A stretch of DNA of 64,000 nt, from assembly GCA_038087875.1 (NCBI GenBank), contig CM075997.1:6884001-6948000 (forward strand), read 5' to 3'. Below the pieces are notes generated by a model that made no database searches, was not told the DNA's origin, and saw nothing but the letters and a program-made list of their open reading frames with translations. The position numbers and the translations under genes were made by a program. Positions 13,901 to 26,711 of this stretch are shown here, piece by piece (the first letter of the stretch is position 1; each line of letters opens with the position of its first letter). The stretch is from Malacoraja senta (Eukaryota).

Positions 13901-14394
13901 AAAGCTGGAAATGTTTCAGCAATTAACTTATTTCCAATTATTTCAATCCATTCTCACCACTATTACTAGTAACAATTTTCCAAATTAACTTTACTGAAAA
14001 GAAATATAAAAGAAACATCAGAAAAACCAAGCAACCTACATTTTCCAACTTTCCCCTTTTAAGTTGCGAGGATACAAAGTGTTAAACGTTACCTTACAGC
14101 AGTTCGTAACCTTCCCCATTGCTTACAATCTCTTAAAGTACTTATCACATATATGAACTTCCTCATTCATTCAAAACCGTTTTTTACACACAAATCACAT
14201 TCGTTCCATTCTTACTTCAAAGAAATTATGCCAATTTGTACACAGATTAAACACATTAACATTTATATAATTCTTGTCTCCCTTTTAAGTTAAAGTAGGA
14301 TGGTCTCATCCCCTATCAGTCAGGTACCTGAGCGCTGTGATTGGACATTGATTCAGATCATGATTAGTCAGACTCACCATCACTCAAATTCTAA

Positions 14395-14507
14395 CCACAC
14401 CCCACTAAGATCACAACCAGTCAAAATCCTAGTCACTCAACATCTGACCACACCTCACTAAGATCACAACCAATCAAAATCCTAGTCACTCAACATCTGA
14501 CCACACG
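14395..14507. repeat. Two-copy 53-bp tandem repeat in ERV leader
   Basis: CTAAGATCAC recurs at 14405 and 14458. Confidence 0.85.
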
Positions 14508-14777
14508 CCATTCCCATTAATTTCCAGACAAAGGAAGCACATTTTGTCTTGATCTTCAGCAGAGGAGGCTGAGAGACCAAGCAGCAGAAAGAATGCAGCA
14601 AATGTACCTCCACAAACAGTTAAGGAACTCAGTCTTTACACCTCCTCCGTCCTTGTAGTCACAATATTACCTTAATATATTCTTATTGCTATATAACCTT
14701 ACACTATTCTTATTGCTATTCTACTATATTTTATCACTGTGTACACTTCCTGTTACTCACTTACCTTAAATTCATAT

Positions 14778-15218
14778 TTTGCCCGTACAAACCCTTGGTC
14801 ACCTAAGGTGGTATCCACAAAATACTTTATTCTGCCCGTACAAACCCCTGCCCTCTCTGGGTGGTATCCACAGAATGCCTAATTCTGCCCGTACAAACCC
14901 CTGCCCTCTCAGGGTGGTATCCACAGAATGCCCTATTCTGCCCGTACAAACCCCTGACCTCTCAGGGTGGTATCCACAGAATACTCTATTCTGCCCGTAT
15001 AAACCCCTGACCTCTCAGGGTGGTATCCACAGAATACTCTATTCTGCCCGTACTCTATAGCTGACCTATCAGGGTGGTATCCACACAATGACTGCCTCGA
15101 CCGTCCAACCCCTGACGTCTCACGGTGGTATCCACGAGGTCTAATAAACTCTTACCTGCCTGGTCCGTGCAACCCCTGGCCTCTCAGGGTGGTATCCACG
15201 AGGTCTCAATAAACTCTT
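14778..15218. repeat. 53-bp tandem array (~8 units) in ERV leader
   Basis: TCTGCCCGTA at 14831, 14884, 14937, 14990, 15043; later units degenerate. Confidence 0.95.
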
Positions 15219-15538
15219 AATAATATCACACAATGCAATGCTGTACTTTCTTATCACAAATATTATTTTCTCACCACACAGCGCAGCCTACTCGGACAAT
15301 CCTCCGGGCCTCCTTTTTAGAACAATTTAGTGCCAGATTCTTGGGTCGGAGAGACATTCTAACTAGCTAGGCACTTCTGTTCCCCAATGGCTTCCCATGT
15401 TCAACAGGTTATTAGTCCAAATGAAGCGGAAAACTGCATAATTTTATAGGTGGCCACCCTTCTCCTGTTGTCCCTTGGAGCCAAGAGGGGCTGGGAAATG
15501 CCCTGTCTGTTTGTCTTTTAATTAACGGTATCTTACCG

Positions 15539-15556
15539 ACCCTGTTCGCTGCGCCA
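15539..15556 (-). promoter_or_regulatory. ERV primer-binding site, tRNA-Ser type (1 mismatch)
   Basis: Minus strand TGGCGCAGCGAACAGGGT, 4 nt from the LTR end. Confidence 0.85.
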
Positions 15557-15560
15557 ATTT

Positions 15561-16131
15561 TGTCGTGGTTTTAAGATTCAAAGTTTGGATAAGATGACAC
15601 AGACACGGAGAATTCTTCAAGAAGACGAAAAGCCTTTATTTGCAAACAACTTTTGGCTTGGAACATTCAGCGACAACACGGCCTGGTTGCTCTCTAATTG
15701 TTCTGTGATCCACAGAAACAAGCAGCATTTTATTACACTCTTTCAGCCTTATCTTCGGCTACTTGGCATGCATGCGTCTGTAACTTTAATCTCTCACTAT
15801 GTCCTTGCTCTTTAACTTTAATCTCTAAACCGACCATAGTGTACTAGCCAAAGCAAAATAAAAAAATAAGACGTTGCTTCTTTTTGTGCCATGACGTCTG
15901 TTCACATAAAAATAGCTGACATCTGCGAGCTTTAGTAAATGTTTCAAGCACATTACTAGATAAATGTTAAATGCTGCAAAACTAACAATCACGTGAGTCT
16001 GAGTACAATAAGCTGATGTCTGATTACATAAAATAGCTGACATATCTGCTGGCAATGATAAATGTTTTAATTAATTGTTCTTCTATATAATTTCTATATA
16101 ACTTCTATAGTAGTCACCAGGCAGCTTCACA
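15561..16131 (-). mobile_element. ERV 5' LTR, copy 1 (~570 bp)
   Basis: TGTGA...GACA termini on the minus strand, AATAAA ~75 nt from the 3' end, PBS adjacent; near-identical to 22159-22726. Confidence 0.85.
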
Positions 16132-16331
16132 TCACTTCAAAGCATATAAGATTTACACACATCTTTATTCAGCACTTTAACTTGGCAGGATTACAGAGCG
16201 AGGTGTTGTCAGTTCATCCTGGCTGCTTCAACTAACGGTGCTGGGAATGGGCGTTAGTATTAATGTTATAATGGAGTGGAGTTAGTGATGCCAGCTAAGT
16301 GTGATTGATTCACATGCATCATCAATCTACA

Positions 16332-16342
16332 TCCTTGCCCCT
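16332..16342 (-). promoter_or_regulatory. Gypsy polypurine tract
   Basis: AGGGGCAAGGA directly before the TGTA of the 3' LTR on the minus strand. Confidence 0.7.
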
Positions 16343-16433
16343 AAAGATTAAAAGCATATTAAACATACTCGCCATACCTGTCTGGTGGACTACTAACACG
16401 GCCCGAACGCGTGCGGCCCAACCATCCCCCCCT

Positions 16434-19400
16434 TCAACTGAAGGATGAGGCGGAGAGGCTGCACCGCACGGGAGAGGTTTGCGGTGACCGAGGGGGGAAA
16501 CATGCGGTGGGTGAAACCCCGTGGTTAGTGGAGACCGATAGACGTGGGGGAGTGCCAGGCATGCGGGGACGGGCGGGAGACATTGCGGAAGGCGGCTGGA
16601 ACTGGAGCGGCGGAGCATATGGATCGGCAGGCGGTGGTCGGGGCTCCTTCACAGCAAGCAGGTGTTGTCGACTTCTACGGTAAAGCGCTCCCTCACAGTC
16701 CACAAGGTACGATCGCGGCTCATCAGTCGGGCGCACAACAACGCCCAGACGAGAATGACCAGTTGGAGTTCGCAGACGGACGACCTGGCCCGGCAGTAGA
16801 GGCTGGAGCTGTCTGCTGGAGCTGTCGTATGACCGTTTCTGGGTATCGTGCTTCTCTTGGAGACGTTGCTGGATAGTGGCGGGCTTCAACACCCGAGGAA
16901 CCAGCTGCTGTTGTGCGATGGGGACCGGAGACCTCGTCACCCTTGACAGCAGCCGCTGTGCTGGTGACCCCAAGATTCCGTCTCTCGCAATGTTTCTGAG
17001 ATTCAGTAGATCGAGATAAACGTCAGAGTTTGAAATGCGCGCTCCCTCCAGCAAGTGCTTGGCGCTCCTGACAGCGCGTTCAGCGAGTCCATTACTCTGT
17101 GGATACTCGGGACTGCTTGTGACGTGCTGGAAGTTCCATCGGTCAGCGAAAAGCTTGAACAAGTGGCTGGTGAACTGTGGACCATTGTCGGTTCTCAGAA
17201 TAACAGGAATGCCATGGTCTGAGAAATGTCTTTTCAGCTTCCTGATGACCATCACCGACGTGAGGGAGGTAAGTTGGTCAAGTTCAAACCAGTTGGAGTA
17301 CGAGTCGACCAGAACGAGCTAGTGCTTACCGCACCATTCGAAAATGTCCGCAGCCATCGACAACCATGACAGGGCTGGTGGAGGTTGTTGCAGAAGGGGT
17401 TGCCGCTGCTGATGAGGTGCAAGATTGTTGCAAGAGGGGCAGGAGGCTACGCGGTCCCGGATGTACGTGGCCATTCCAGGCCAGTAGAACAGATCCCGGG
17501 CGCGTGCCAGTGTGGAGTCGGCTCCTGGGTGACCGCCGTGTACCTCTTTGAAGTATTCGTCTTGTAGCGATGCAGGTACAACTACCTTGTGGCCCTTGAC
17601 GACCACACCATCCTGAACCACCAGTTCATCGCGGACCAAAAAGTACGGCTGCACCTCAGTGGGCGTGTTGGGTTGTTTGCCTGGCCAGCCTGTCTTGATC
17701 ATGGACGAGAGGGCTTGAAGCGTATCATCCTTGGCAGTGTAATAATCCAGTAGATGTATTGGACGAGGCAATGCAGATAAAAGCGGAATCAGCAAACTTA
17801 ATATCATATTTGTATAATATTATTTTAAATGTACAAATACCACCTACGGAGGGTATCAGAAGAGACTGGGAACAAGAGTTAGCTATTAAAATTTCAAAGG
17901 AAAGTTGGAATGAATACTTATTAAACGTGCATAAATGCTCGATTAATGTAAGACACACTTTAATACAATTTAAAATTTTACATAGATTATATTATTCGAA
18001 AACTAAAATTCATAAAATTTTCCCAAACGTATCATCTATTTGTGATAAATGTCAATCACAAGAAGCAACTATAGCGCACTCATTTGTCTTCTGTACAAAA
18101 ATTCAAAAATTTTGGAATGAAATTTTTGAAATCTTTACAAAGTTATTTAAAACAAGACTGATACCCAAAGCAGAATGGATTATCTTCGGAATAACGGAAG
18201 ATGATCCAGAACTAAATGTGTTTCAAAAGAAATTAATGGACTATGGGTTAATAACTGGAAAAAAGCTAATTCTAAAATTTTGGAAGAAGGCTCCAATACC
18301 AACTATAAATATGTGGATTTCAAATATGTTTGAAACATTACACCTAGAAGAGATAAGACTCCTCCTAGCAGGTAAACCAGATCACTTCCACCTGACGTGG
18401 TCTGCATTTATAGAATTATTACAAACATAGGGTGCAAAAGTACTTTAAAAAAATAAAAAATTGAGGTCAGGTAAGGGGGGATGATAGTTGAAGAGTTGGT
18501 ATGTCCTATTTACGTGATGCTCAAAAAAAAACATTTGTTTCTCTTTTTTTCTCTTTCTCTTTTCTTTTCTTAGGGCCTATTTCTTAACTCTTTTTCTTTT
18601 TGTTTTTAATTTCGCTCTTGGTCCTTTTTTGTTGTTACATTTTCTACACTTTTCTACACTTGCACTTTTTCCTTCACTTTCTTCTTTCTTTCAATCTTTT
18701 CTTTTTCTAGTGTAAAAAAATAAATAAAGGGAGTACATTAATTGTAAGAAGATATAAATGACGAGTATTAATGTATGTGGTTGTAATGTAATGTACTTCT
18801 AATAAATAAAAATTAAAAAAATAAAATAAAAAAATAAAAAATAAAAAATCCTTGGCAGTGTGCGCGGCCAGGGTGCGCAGTTGCTTGCTGGAGATTAGAC
18901 CGACACCGACAACAGTGAAATTCTCCTGTTCGTGTGGGTGTTGTTCGCAAGATGTTCGAGGGGCACGAGAAAGTGTGTCAGCAACATGCATGTCCTTGCC
19001 CTTTTTGTAGGTAATAGAGAAGTCGTACCGCTGCAGCTGCAGCATCATGCGCTGCAAACGAGCCGGGGCGGCGTGGATAGGCTTGTTGAAGATTGTCACC
19101 AGCGGTTGGTGGTCCGTCTCAACCATGAACGTGTTGCCAAAGACGAAGTCGTGGAATTTGGAGCAGGCAAAGACCACCGCCAGCAATTCCTTTTCGATTT
19201 GCGCGTAGTGCTGCTCCATGTCGGTCATGGTGCGAGAGGCATACGCAACGGGTAGTAGGGTACCATCATCAGACGGTTGCGGGCAGGCTGCGCCAAGCCC
19301 GAATTTCGAGGCATCGCAGGTGATCACCACCTGACGTTTCAGGTCGAAAAAATTCAGGGTCGGTGCGCTGGTCAGTTTTGAATTCAGAACATCGAAGGCA

Positions 19401-21509
19401 TCCTGATGTTGCTGAAACCATGACCATGCAGTGTCCTTTTTTGTCAGCTGCCGCAATGTGGAGCTTAATTCGCTGAGGTTAGGTATGAACTTTCTGAGAT
19501 AGTTTACCATGCCCAGGAAACGTTGCAGGCCTTTCACGTCAGTGGGTGCAGGCATTTCTGTGATGGCAGAAGTCTTCTTCGGATCAGGTTTGAGGCCGTC
19601 AGGGGTGAAGATGTGGCCGACATAGGAGACCACTGGAACCCTGAACTTGCACTTGTCAGGATTGAGTTTGAGGTTGATCTTGACAGCACGCTCCAAAATG
19701 CGCCTGAGATTGTGGTCATGTTCCGCCGCGTCTTTGCCATAGACAAGAATATCATCGACAATAATGGCACAAGGCAGACCCTCGAACAATTGTTCCATAG
19801 TTCTTTGGAAGACTTCGCTGGCAGAGTTGATCCCGAATGGCATTCTCAGAAACTTATATCTGCCGAATGGGGTGGCAAATGTAGTAAGGTTTGATGACCT
19901 CTTGTCCAGGGGTATCTGCCAGAATGAGTTATTTGCATCTAGGACGGAAAATAGGGTGGCCGTTCCGATCTTTGCTGCAACATCCTCTACTGTCTTCATG
20001 GGATGGTGCGGGCGCTTAATGGCAGTGTTCAGGTCTTTTGGATTAATGCACAGGCGGATTTCATCCTTTCCCTTCTTGGCTGTGGCAATCATGGTTGAGA
20101 CCCAGTCGGTGGGGTCACTGACTGCTTCAATTACGCCTTTGGAGACCATGTCCTTCAGCATCGAGTGAACCCTGTCAGTCATGGCAAATGACAATCTGTG
20201 CGGGTTTCGGACAACGGGTGTCACATCGGGGTCAATAGTAATCTTGTAGGACACAGGCAACCTGCCTAGGTTGTTGTCGAAAAGACCAGGGAAGTCACTC
20301 AGTGGATCAAAGGAAACTTGCAGTTTGTGGACAGTTTTATCAAAGGAAATCAGCCCTAGTTCCTGACAGGCACGATTGCCAAGCAGGGTAACCGAATTAA
20401 AGTTCAGCACATGGAAAGTCAATTCCCTAGTTGTTTTCTTCAGTACACAGTTCAAGTTGGTTTTGCCCAGAGGAAATAGCACCTCCCCACCAAAAGCATG
20501 CAAAGTGGAAGCGTCCTTGACAAGTGGCTCGTTAGCCCTGATCCTGTTAAAAAGGTTGATTGACATTGTATTGACCCTCGCCCCCGTATCCAGTTTCGCG
20601 CCAAAAGCAACATTGTTTACAGATATCGTCACTGTAGGATCAGAGTTCTTGGCAGCAGCATGCTGTAACATGTAAACAGTAGGATCGTCTTGCGAGTCAA
20701 ATGAAATACATTCGGGGGCGGCTTCGAGCTGGAAATGGGGAGTCAGTGTGTTGCTGTCTCTTTGCAAAAAATTGAGATTAGACTTGGGACTGGGCGCATT
20801 CTTTCCTCGGGCCCTGATAGCAGCCCGACAGGCTGAGGCAAAGTGATTTGGCTTTTTGCAGTAATTACAAGCCTTCCCGAGGGCGGGGCAGGTGGATTGC
20901 GTGCTGTGTAGATAGCCGCAGTTAGGACATTTCTGTGAAGGAACGCTGAGAGCTGCCTGGCTAGCTTGGATCTTAGATCGGCTGTTATCTGTGTATGTCC
21001 GCTGCCCAGTGAGGCCCGTCAGATTGATGGTATTGCTTTCATGCGGAATGTCTATAGGATCAACAAGTTCAGCCGTTCTACACGCATGCGCCGCGTCGTT
21101 TAGCGACAACTCTGGCCGTCTCAAGAGCTCTGATCTGAGCTTTTGATCGGTGATACCATTCACTAAAATATCCCTCGTTAACTGATCAGTCAACTGATCC
21201 GCTGGCATTTCCTGAAATCGACAACGTTGTGCTAGATACATCAAAGAGGAAATATATGCGTCCGCTCGTTCCCCGGGAAGTTGACGACGAGAGAAAAACA
21301 TTGCCCTGTCCAAAATGTGATTTGAGGGCAGGTCACAGATCTGAGCCATGGGTCCGCACGTTGAGCAAGAGAGAAGCCTTAACAGCATCTGGTTCATTTC
21401 GGTGTACAATGTTCATGTAGAGCTGGTAATCAATTTCAAACGTGGCCCAGCGTTCGCTGATATCGGTATCAAAGACAAGAGGCTCAGGCTTCCGACAAGA
21501 AGAAGCCAT
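16434..21509 (-). pseudogene. Gypsy gag-pol polyprotein (Gag, PR, RT, RNase H, integrase), disrupted by a frameshift near 21350, an L1 insertion and a stop at 17319-17321
   Basis: MASSCRKPEP start; two Cys/His knuckles (CPNCGYLH..C, CNYCKKPNHFASAC); LDTGA; IVDDILVYG; CDASKFGLGA; HGGHPG..CPSC; TDNGPQF; PQSNGLAERAV. Confidence 0.93.
17741..18847 (+). mobile_element. L1 LINE 3' fragment inserted in Gypsy pol
   Basis: Open ORF2 C-terminus 17759-18430 (QFKILHRLY, CDKC..H....C); T-rich 3' UTR, AATAAA and A-tail; 14-bp TSD ATCCTTGGCAGTGT at 17727-17740 and 18848-18861. Confidence 0.95.
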
Positions 21510-21570
21510 CGTAAAGTAAAGCAAAACTCACAAAAGATAAAACAAAAACCGTTATACAAGAGGAGTGGGT

Positions 21571-21588
21571 ATCCCACTTCTGACACCA
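21571..21588 (-). promoter_or_regulatory. Gypsy primer-binding site, tRNA-Leu(CAA) type
   Basis: Minus strand TGGTGTCAGAAGTGGGAT abutting the LTR CA; complementary to the vertebrate tRNA-Leu 3' end as I recall it. Confidence 0.9.
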
Positions 21589-21794
21589 TGTAAATCACTT
21601 CAAAGCATATAAGATTTACACACATCTTTATTCAGCACTTTAACTTGGCAGCATTATAGAGCGAGGTGTTGTCAGTTCATCCTGGCTGCTTCAACTAACG
21701 GTGCTGGGAATGGACGTTAGTCTAAATGTTATAATGGGGTGCAGTTAGTGATGCCAGCTAAGTGTGATTGATTCACATGCATCATCAATCTACA

Positions 21795-22726
21795 CACGAG
21801 GTCTCAATAAACTCTTAATAATATCACACAATGCAATGCTGTACTTTCTTATCACAAATATTATTTTCTCACCACACAGCGCAGCCTACTCGGACAATCC
21901 TCCGGGCCTCCGTTTTAGAACAATTTAGTGCCAGATTCTTGGGTCGGAGAGACATTCTAACTAGCTAGGCACTTCTGTTCCCCAATGGCTTCCCATGTTC
22001 AACAGGTTATTAGTCCAAATGAAGCGGAAAACTGCATAATTTTATAGGTGGCCACCCTTTTCCTGTTGTCCCTAGGAGCCAAGAGGGGCTGGGAAATGCC
22101 CTGTCTGTTTGTCTTTTAATTAACGGTATCTTACTGACCCTGCTCGCTGCGCCAATTTTGTCGTGGTTTTAACACTCAAAGTTTGGATAAGATGACACAG
22201 ACACGGAGAATTCTTCAAGAAGACGAAAAGCCTTTATTTGCAAACAACTTTTGGCTTGGAACATTCAGCGACATTCAGCCTGGTTGCTCTCTAATTGTTC
22301 TGTGATCCACAGAAACAAGCAGCATTTTGTTACACTCTTTCAGCCTTATCTTCGGCTACTTGGCATGCATGCTTCTGTAACTTTAATCTCTCACTATGTC
22401 CTTGCTCTTTAACTTTAATCTCTAAGCCGACCATAGTGTACTAGCCAAAGCAAAATAAAAAAATAAGACGTTGCTTCTTTTTGTGCCATGACGTCTGTTC
22501 ACATAAAAATAGCTGACATCTGCGAGCTTTAGTAAATGTTTCAAGCACATTACTAGATAAATGTTAAATGCTGCAAAACTAACAATCACGTGAGTCTGAG
22601 TACAATAAGCTGATGTCTGATTACATAAAATAGCTGACATATCTGCTGGCTATGATAAATGTTTTAATTAATTGTTCTTCTATATAATTTCTATATAACT
22701 TCTATAGTAGTCACCAGGCAGTCACA
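21795..22726 (-). mobile_element. ERV copy 2: 5' LTR (22159-22726), tRNA-Ser PBS (22137-22154) and start of leader
   Basis: Direct repeat of 15197-16131; PBS TGGCGCAGCGAGCAGGGT matches the tRNA-Ser(TGA) 3' end as I recall it. Confidence 0.88.
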
Positions 22727-23732
22727 TCTTTGGGTTCTAGAGTCAAATACATTTCAAACCTGATGAGAATAAGGAGCATGTTGTCAGCAGACGGCATAGA
22801 CTGAGTCCAGTTGGCACGTTTCAGCTGGTGTACGGGCTCTTGCCAACGCGCTTATGACACTTCCCCGTTGCACTCCCCAAGGGCATTGCGTGTCTGGCTG
22901 AGTATTTCCTGTGCTCATGCTTGACGTTCTCATTTCATGCAACATCAGGATCTTGCGGCTGATCTTGACCCGCTACCGTCTACTTACGCAGTAATTGAAT
23001 GGAAAAGCCAATCATTGCGCTGCATCTTTTTATCAGTGCGGGCGGTAACTCATGTCGATTCAGTTTGTTTCCAATTCAACTGGATCGGTTGTCACTGATA
23101 TCCCGCCGCACCCACGAACGCATTGTATCATCTGTTCTGGGGTAGATGAATGCTGGCTAATTACACAACTTAATTTCAGCTCGAAACGGATCGCTCCCTC
23201 CAAGGCAACGACAGGACAGTGCCCTCTGCACTTTCTGAAATACTTCTTACTTCCTGCCGTCCTTGTGAGAAAAACTACACGAAATACAGCACCTGTAGTA
23301 TTTAAGACCGTCGGCGTCCTGCAGAGCGCCCTACACAGATAATTAATCGTTCACCATACACTGTAATCTATTCCCGTCTACACATCACATCCACCGTACA
23401 TCTTTATTTTCTCCCTCCACCTTTAATTTTGTGCCAGATTACGCCATTTGTACCGATTTTTATTGCCACATCCCACCTCCAGCTTTGAGTTGCACCTTCG
23501 CAGTTCACCGAATCCCCGACTCATCTGCTAATCAAACACTTCTATCTTGCATTCATCTATCACCAACCAGCACTTATGGCACTGCTTCCACTCAGCCCTT
23601 TATAATAATTATCTCCCCTATGCTCCATCAGTCTCAGCAAGGACCAACCGTCGTATAAGCAATTGTCTTATTTAAATGTTACGTTGTGCAACATTCTTAC
23701 TTAATGCAGCTGTATGTGGCCATTGGCGCAAT

Positions 23733-24183
<451 letters not shown>

Positions 24184-24429
24184 GTGTGTGTTAATTATTC
24201 ATTAATAATTCAATACATTAATAATCAGTAATACTAGATAACGGACATAATAATGCAATATAGATCCGAAGTACCTAGTACAACCATAAACAAAGGGCAA
24301 GGTAGACTGTAGCCGAGACAGTGTTGCGGTTAGTTTCCGGTGGCTCCACGGTAATGAAAATATGACTCAGACAAATGTGACTCAGAAAAATATGCAGCAG
24401 ACAAAGTGCCTTTCCCCACATCACGTCCT

Positions 24430-26153
24430 TAATGAGCTTTGCGCTGAATGCAATCACCTCCTACAAGGCGAAATCAGGAGGCAGCTCGAATGTCGGCGAA
24501 ACATCACCCCCTGACGAGTTCAATGCGTTTTACGCACGCTTTGGTAGGGAGAATACTGAAGTGCCTTCCAGAGCCCCCATTCGCTGTGATGGTATTTCAG
24601 TCTCAGTCACAGAGGCCGACGTCAGGAAATCCTTCAGAGGGATGAACCCTCGAAAAGCGCCTGCATCTGATGGTATACCCGGTCGTGTTCTAAAAACGTG
24701 TGCGGTCCAACTGGCTGGAGTTTTACGGACATTTTGAACCTCTCACTTCTGAGGTCTGAGGTTCCCACCTGCTTTAAAAGGCATCAATTATACCAGTGCC
24801 CAAGAAGAGCAAGGTGAAGTGACTCAATGACTATCGACCAGTGGCACTAACGCCTGTGGTGATGAAGTGCTTTGAGAGATTGATCATGGCGCAAATCAAC
24901 TCCTACTTCGACAAAAACCTGGACCCACGGTAGTTCACTTACCGCCACAACAGATGCGATCTAGCTGGCTCTCCATTCCGCTCTGGACCACTTGGACAAC
25001 AAAAACTCATATGTCAGGCTGTTATTCATTGATTACAGCTCGGCATTTAATACAATCATCCGCTCCAAGCTGGTTACCAAACTCGCAATACAGGGTCTGT
25101 GCGCATCCCTCTGCAATTGGATCCTCCACTTCCTCATTCACAGACCACAGACTGTTCGTATTTTTGGAAATGTGTCAGCCTCGATAACAATCAGTACGGG
25201 AGCACCTCAAGGCTGCGTGCTCAGCCCCCTGCTGTACTCACTCTATACTCATGACTACGTAGCCGGTCATAGTGCGAACTCCATCATCAAGTTCGCAGAC
25301 GACACCACTGTTGTGGGACTATCACTGATGGGGATGAGTCAGAGTATAGAAGTGAGATCGAGCGACTGTCCATATGGTGCCAGCAAAATAACCTGGCCCT
25401 CAACACCAGCAAAACCAAGGAACTGATTGTGGACTTTGGAAGGAGTAGGATGGGGACACACAGTCCCGTTTATATGAACGCGTCGATAGTTGAAAGGGTC
25501 AAGAGCTTCAAATTCATGGGCGTGCACATCTCTGAAGATCTTTCCTGGTCCGAGAACACTGATGCAATTATTAAGAAAGCACATTAGCGCCTCTACTTCC
25601 TGAGAAGATTACGGAAAGTCGGTTTGTCAAGGAGGACTCTCTCTAACTTCTACAGGTGCACAGTAGAGAGCATGCTGACCGGTTGCATCGTGGCTTGGTT
25701 CGGCAACTTGAGCGCCCTGGAGCGGAAAAAACTACAATAAGTATTAAACACTGCCCAGTCCATCATCGGCTCTGACCTCCCTACAATCGAGGGGATCTAT
25801 CGCAGGCGCTGCCTCAAAAAGGCTGGCAGTATAATCCAGAACCCACACCATCCTGTCCACACACTCTTCTCCCCGCGACCTTCAGGTCTGAAGACTGCAA
25901 CGACCAGGTTCAGGAATAGCTACTTCCCCACAGCTATCAGGCTATTAAACTTGGCTCGGACAAAATTCTGAACATTAATAGCCCATTATCTGTTTATTTG
26001 CACTTTATCAGTTTATTTATTCATGTGTGTATAAATTTATATAATGGTATATAGACACACTGATCTGTTCTGCACTCATGCCTACTATGTTCTGTTGTGC
26101 TGAAGCAAAGCAAGAATTTAATTGTACTACCAGGGACTCTCTTGAATCTCTTG
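24430..26153 (+). mobile_element. Rex1/Babar-like LINE, 5'-truncated, degenerate
   Basis: [57 protein letters not shown] tail. Confidence 0.88.
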
Positions 26154-26445
26154 ATCTCCATAATAATGCCATTTGCACGTATTGGGACCAACTGCGCGGA
26201 GGGTTTCCGATGTGTGTTTCCCTATTTGCCAAATTTACGGAATTGCGAATCAGATGGAATGTTGCTGCGTTTGCAGTTGCGGCCAGCATAATGAAGCAGA
26301 ATGTGACTACTGACTAAGGCATTGCACAGGTCCCAATCGGCATTAAGTTGAACATCGATGTTAATTAATCGGAATAACTGAAGAAGATAAGTATTTATCT
26401 ATTGTTAAATGGGTAAAAAATAACCACTCAAACTGCTTTTCGTTC

Positions 26446-26710
26446 CTAGGAGGTCATGTTGCAGTTGTTTACGTATTATACAGTGAGACCGTATCTAGAA
26501 TATTGTGTTCATTTCTGGGCACCATGTACTAGGTTGAACTTACCAAGCTTGAAAGGGTTCAGAAAAGATTTACGAGGATGTTGCGTGGTCTAGAGGGTGT
26601 GAGCTACAGGGAGAAGTCGAGTAGGCTGGGTCTCTATTCCACTTTGCGCAGGAGCACGAGGGGAATCTTATAGAGGTATACAAAATCATAAAATGAATAG
26701 ATCGGGTACA
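26446..26710 (+). mobile_element. CR1 RT C-terminal fragment
   Basis: Similar to the CR1 segments at 10970-11230 and 59915-60170. Confidence 0.65.
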
Positions 26711-26711
26711 T

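Larger units (their letters stand above)
16131..21794 (-). mobile_element. Ty3/Gypsy LTR retrotransposon (Mag-like), near complete
   Basis: LTRs 21589-21794 (TGTA..TACA) and ~16131-16331; tRNA-Leu PBS 21571-21588; purine tract before the 3' LTR; single gag-pol frame. Confidence 0.95.

Noticed and set aside
14778..15218. CRISPR-like appearance of the 53-bp array
   Set aside because: Whole units repeat with no unique spacers, there are no cas genes, and the context is a eukaryotic ERV leader
18707..18861. Hydrophobic C-terminus of the 900-aa ORF as a possible env or TM segment
   Set aside because: It is read-through into the antisense L1 poly(A) tail
21571..22154. tRNA genes at the tRNA-like 18-mers
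   Set aside because: Only 3'-terminal matches including CCA next to LTRs, so they are primer-binding sites
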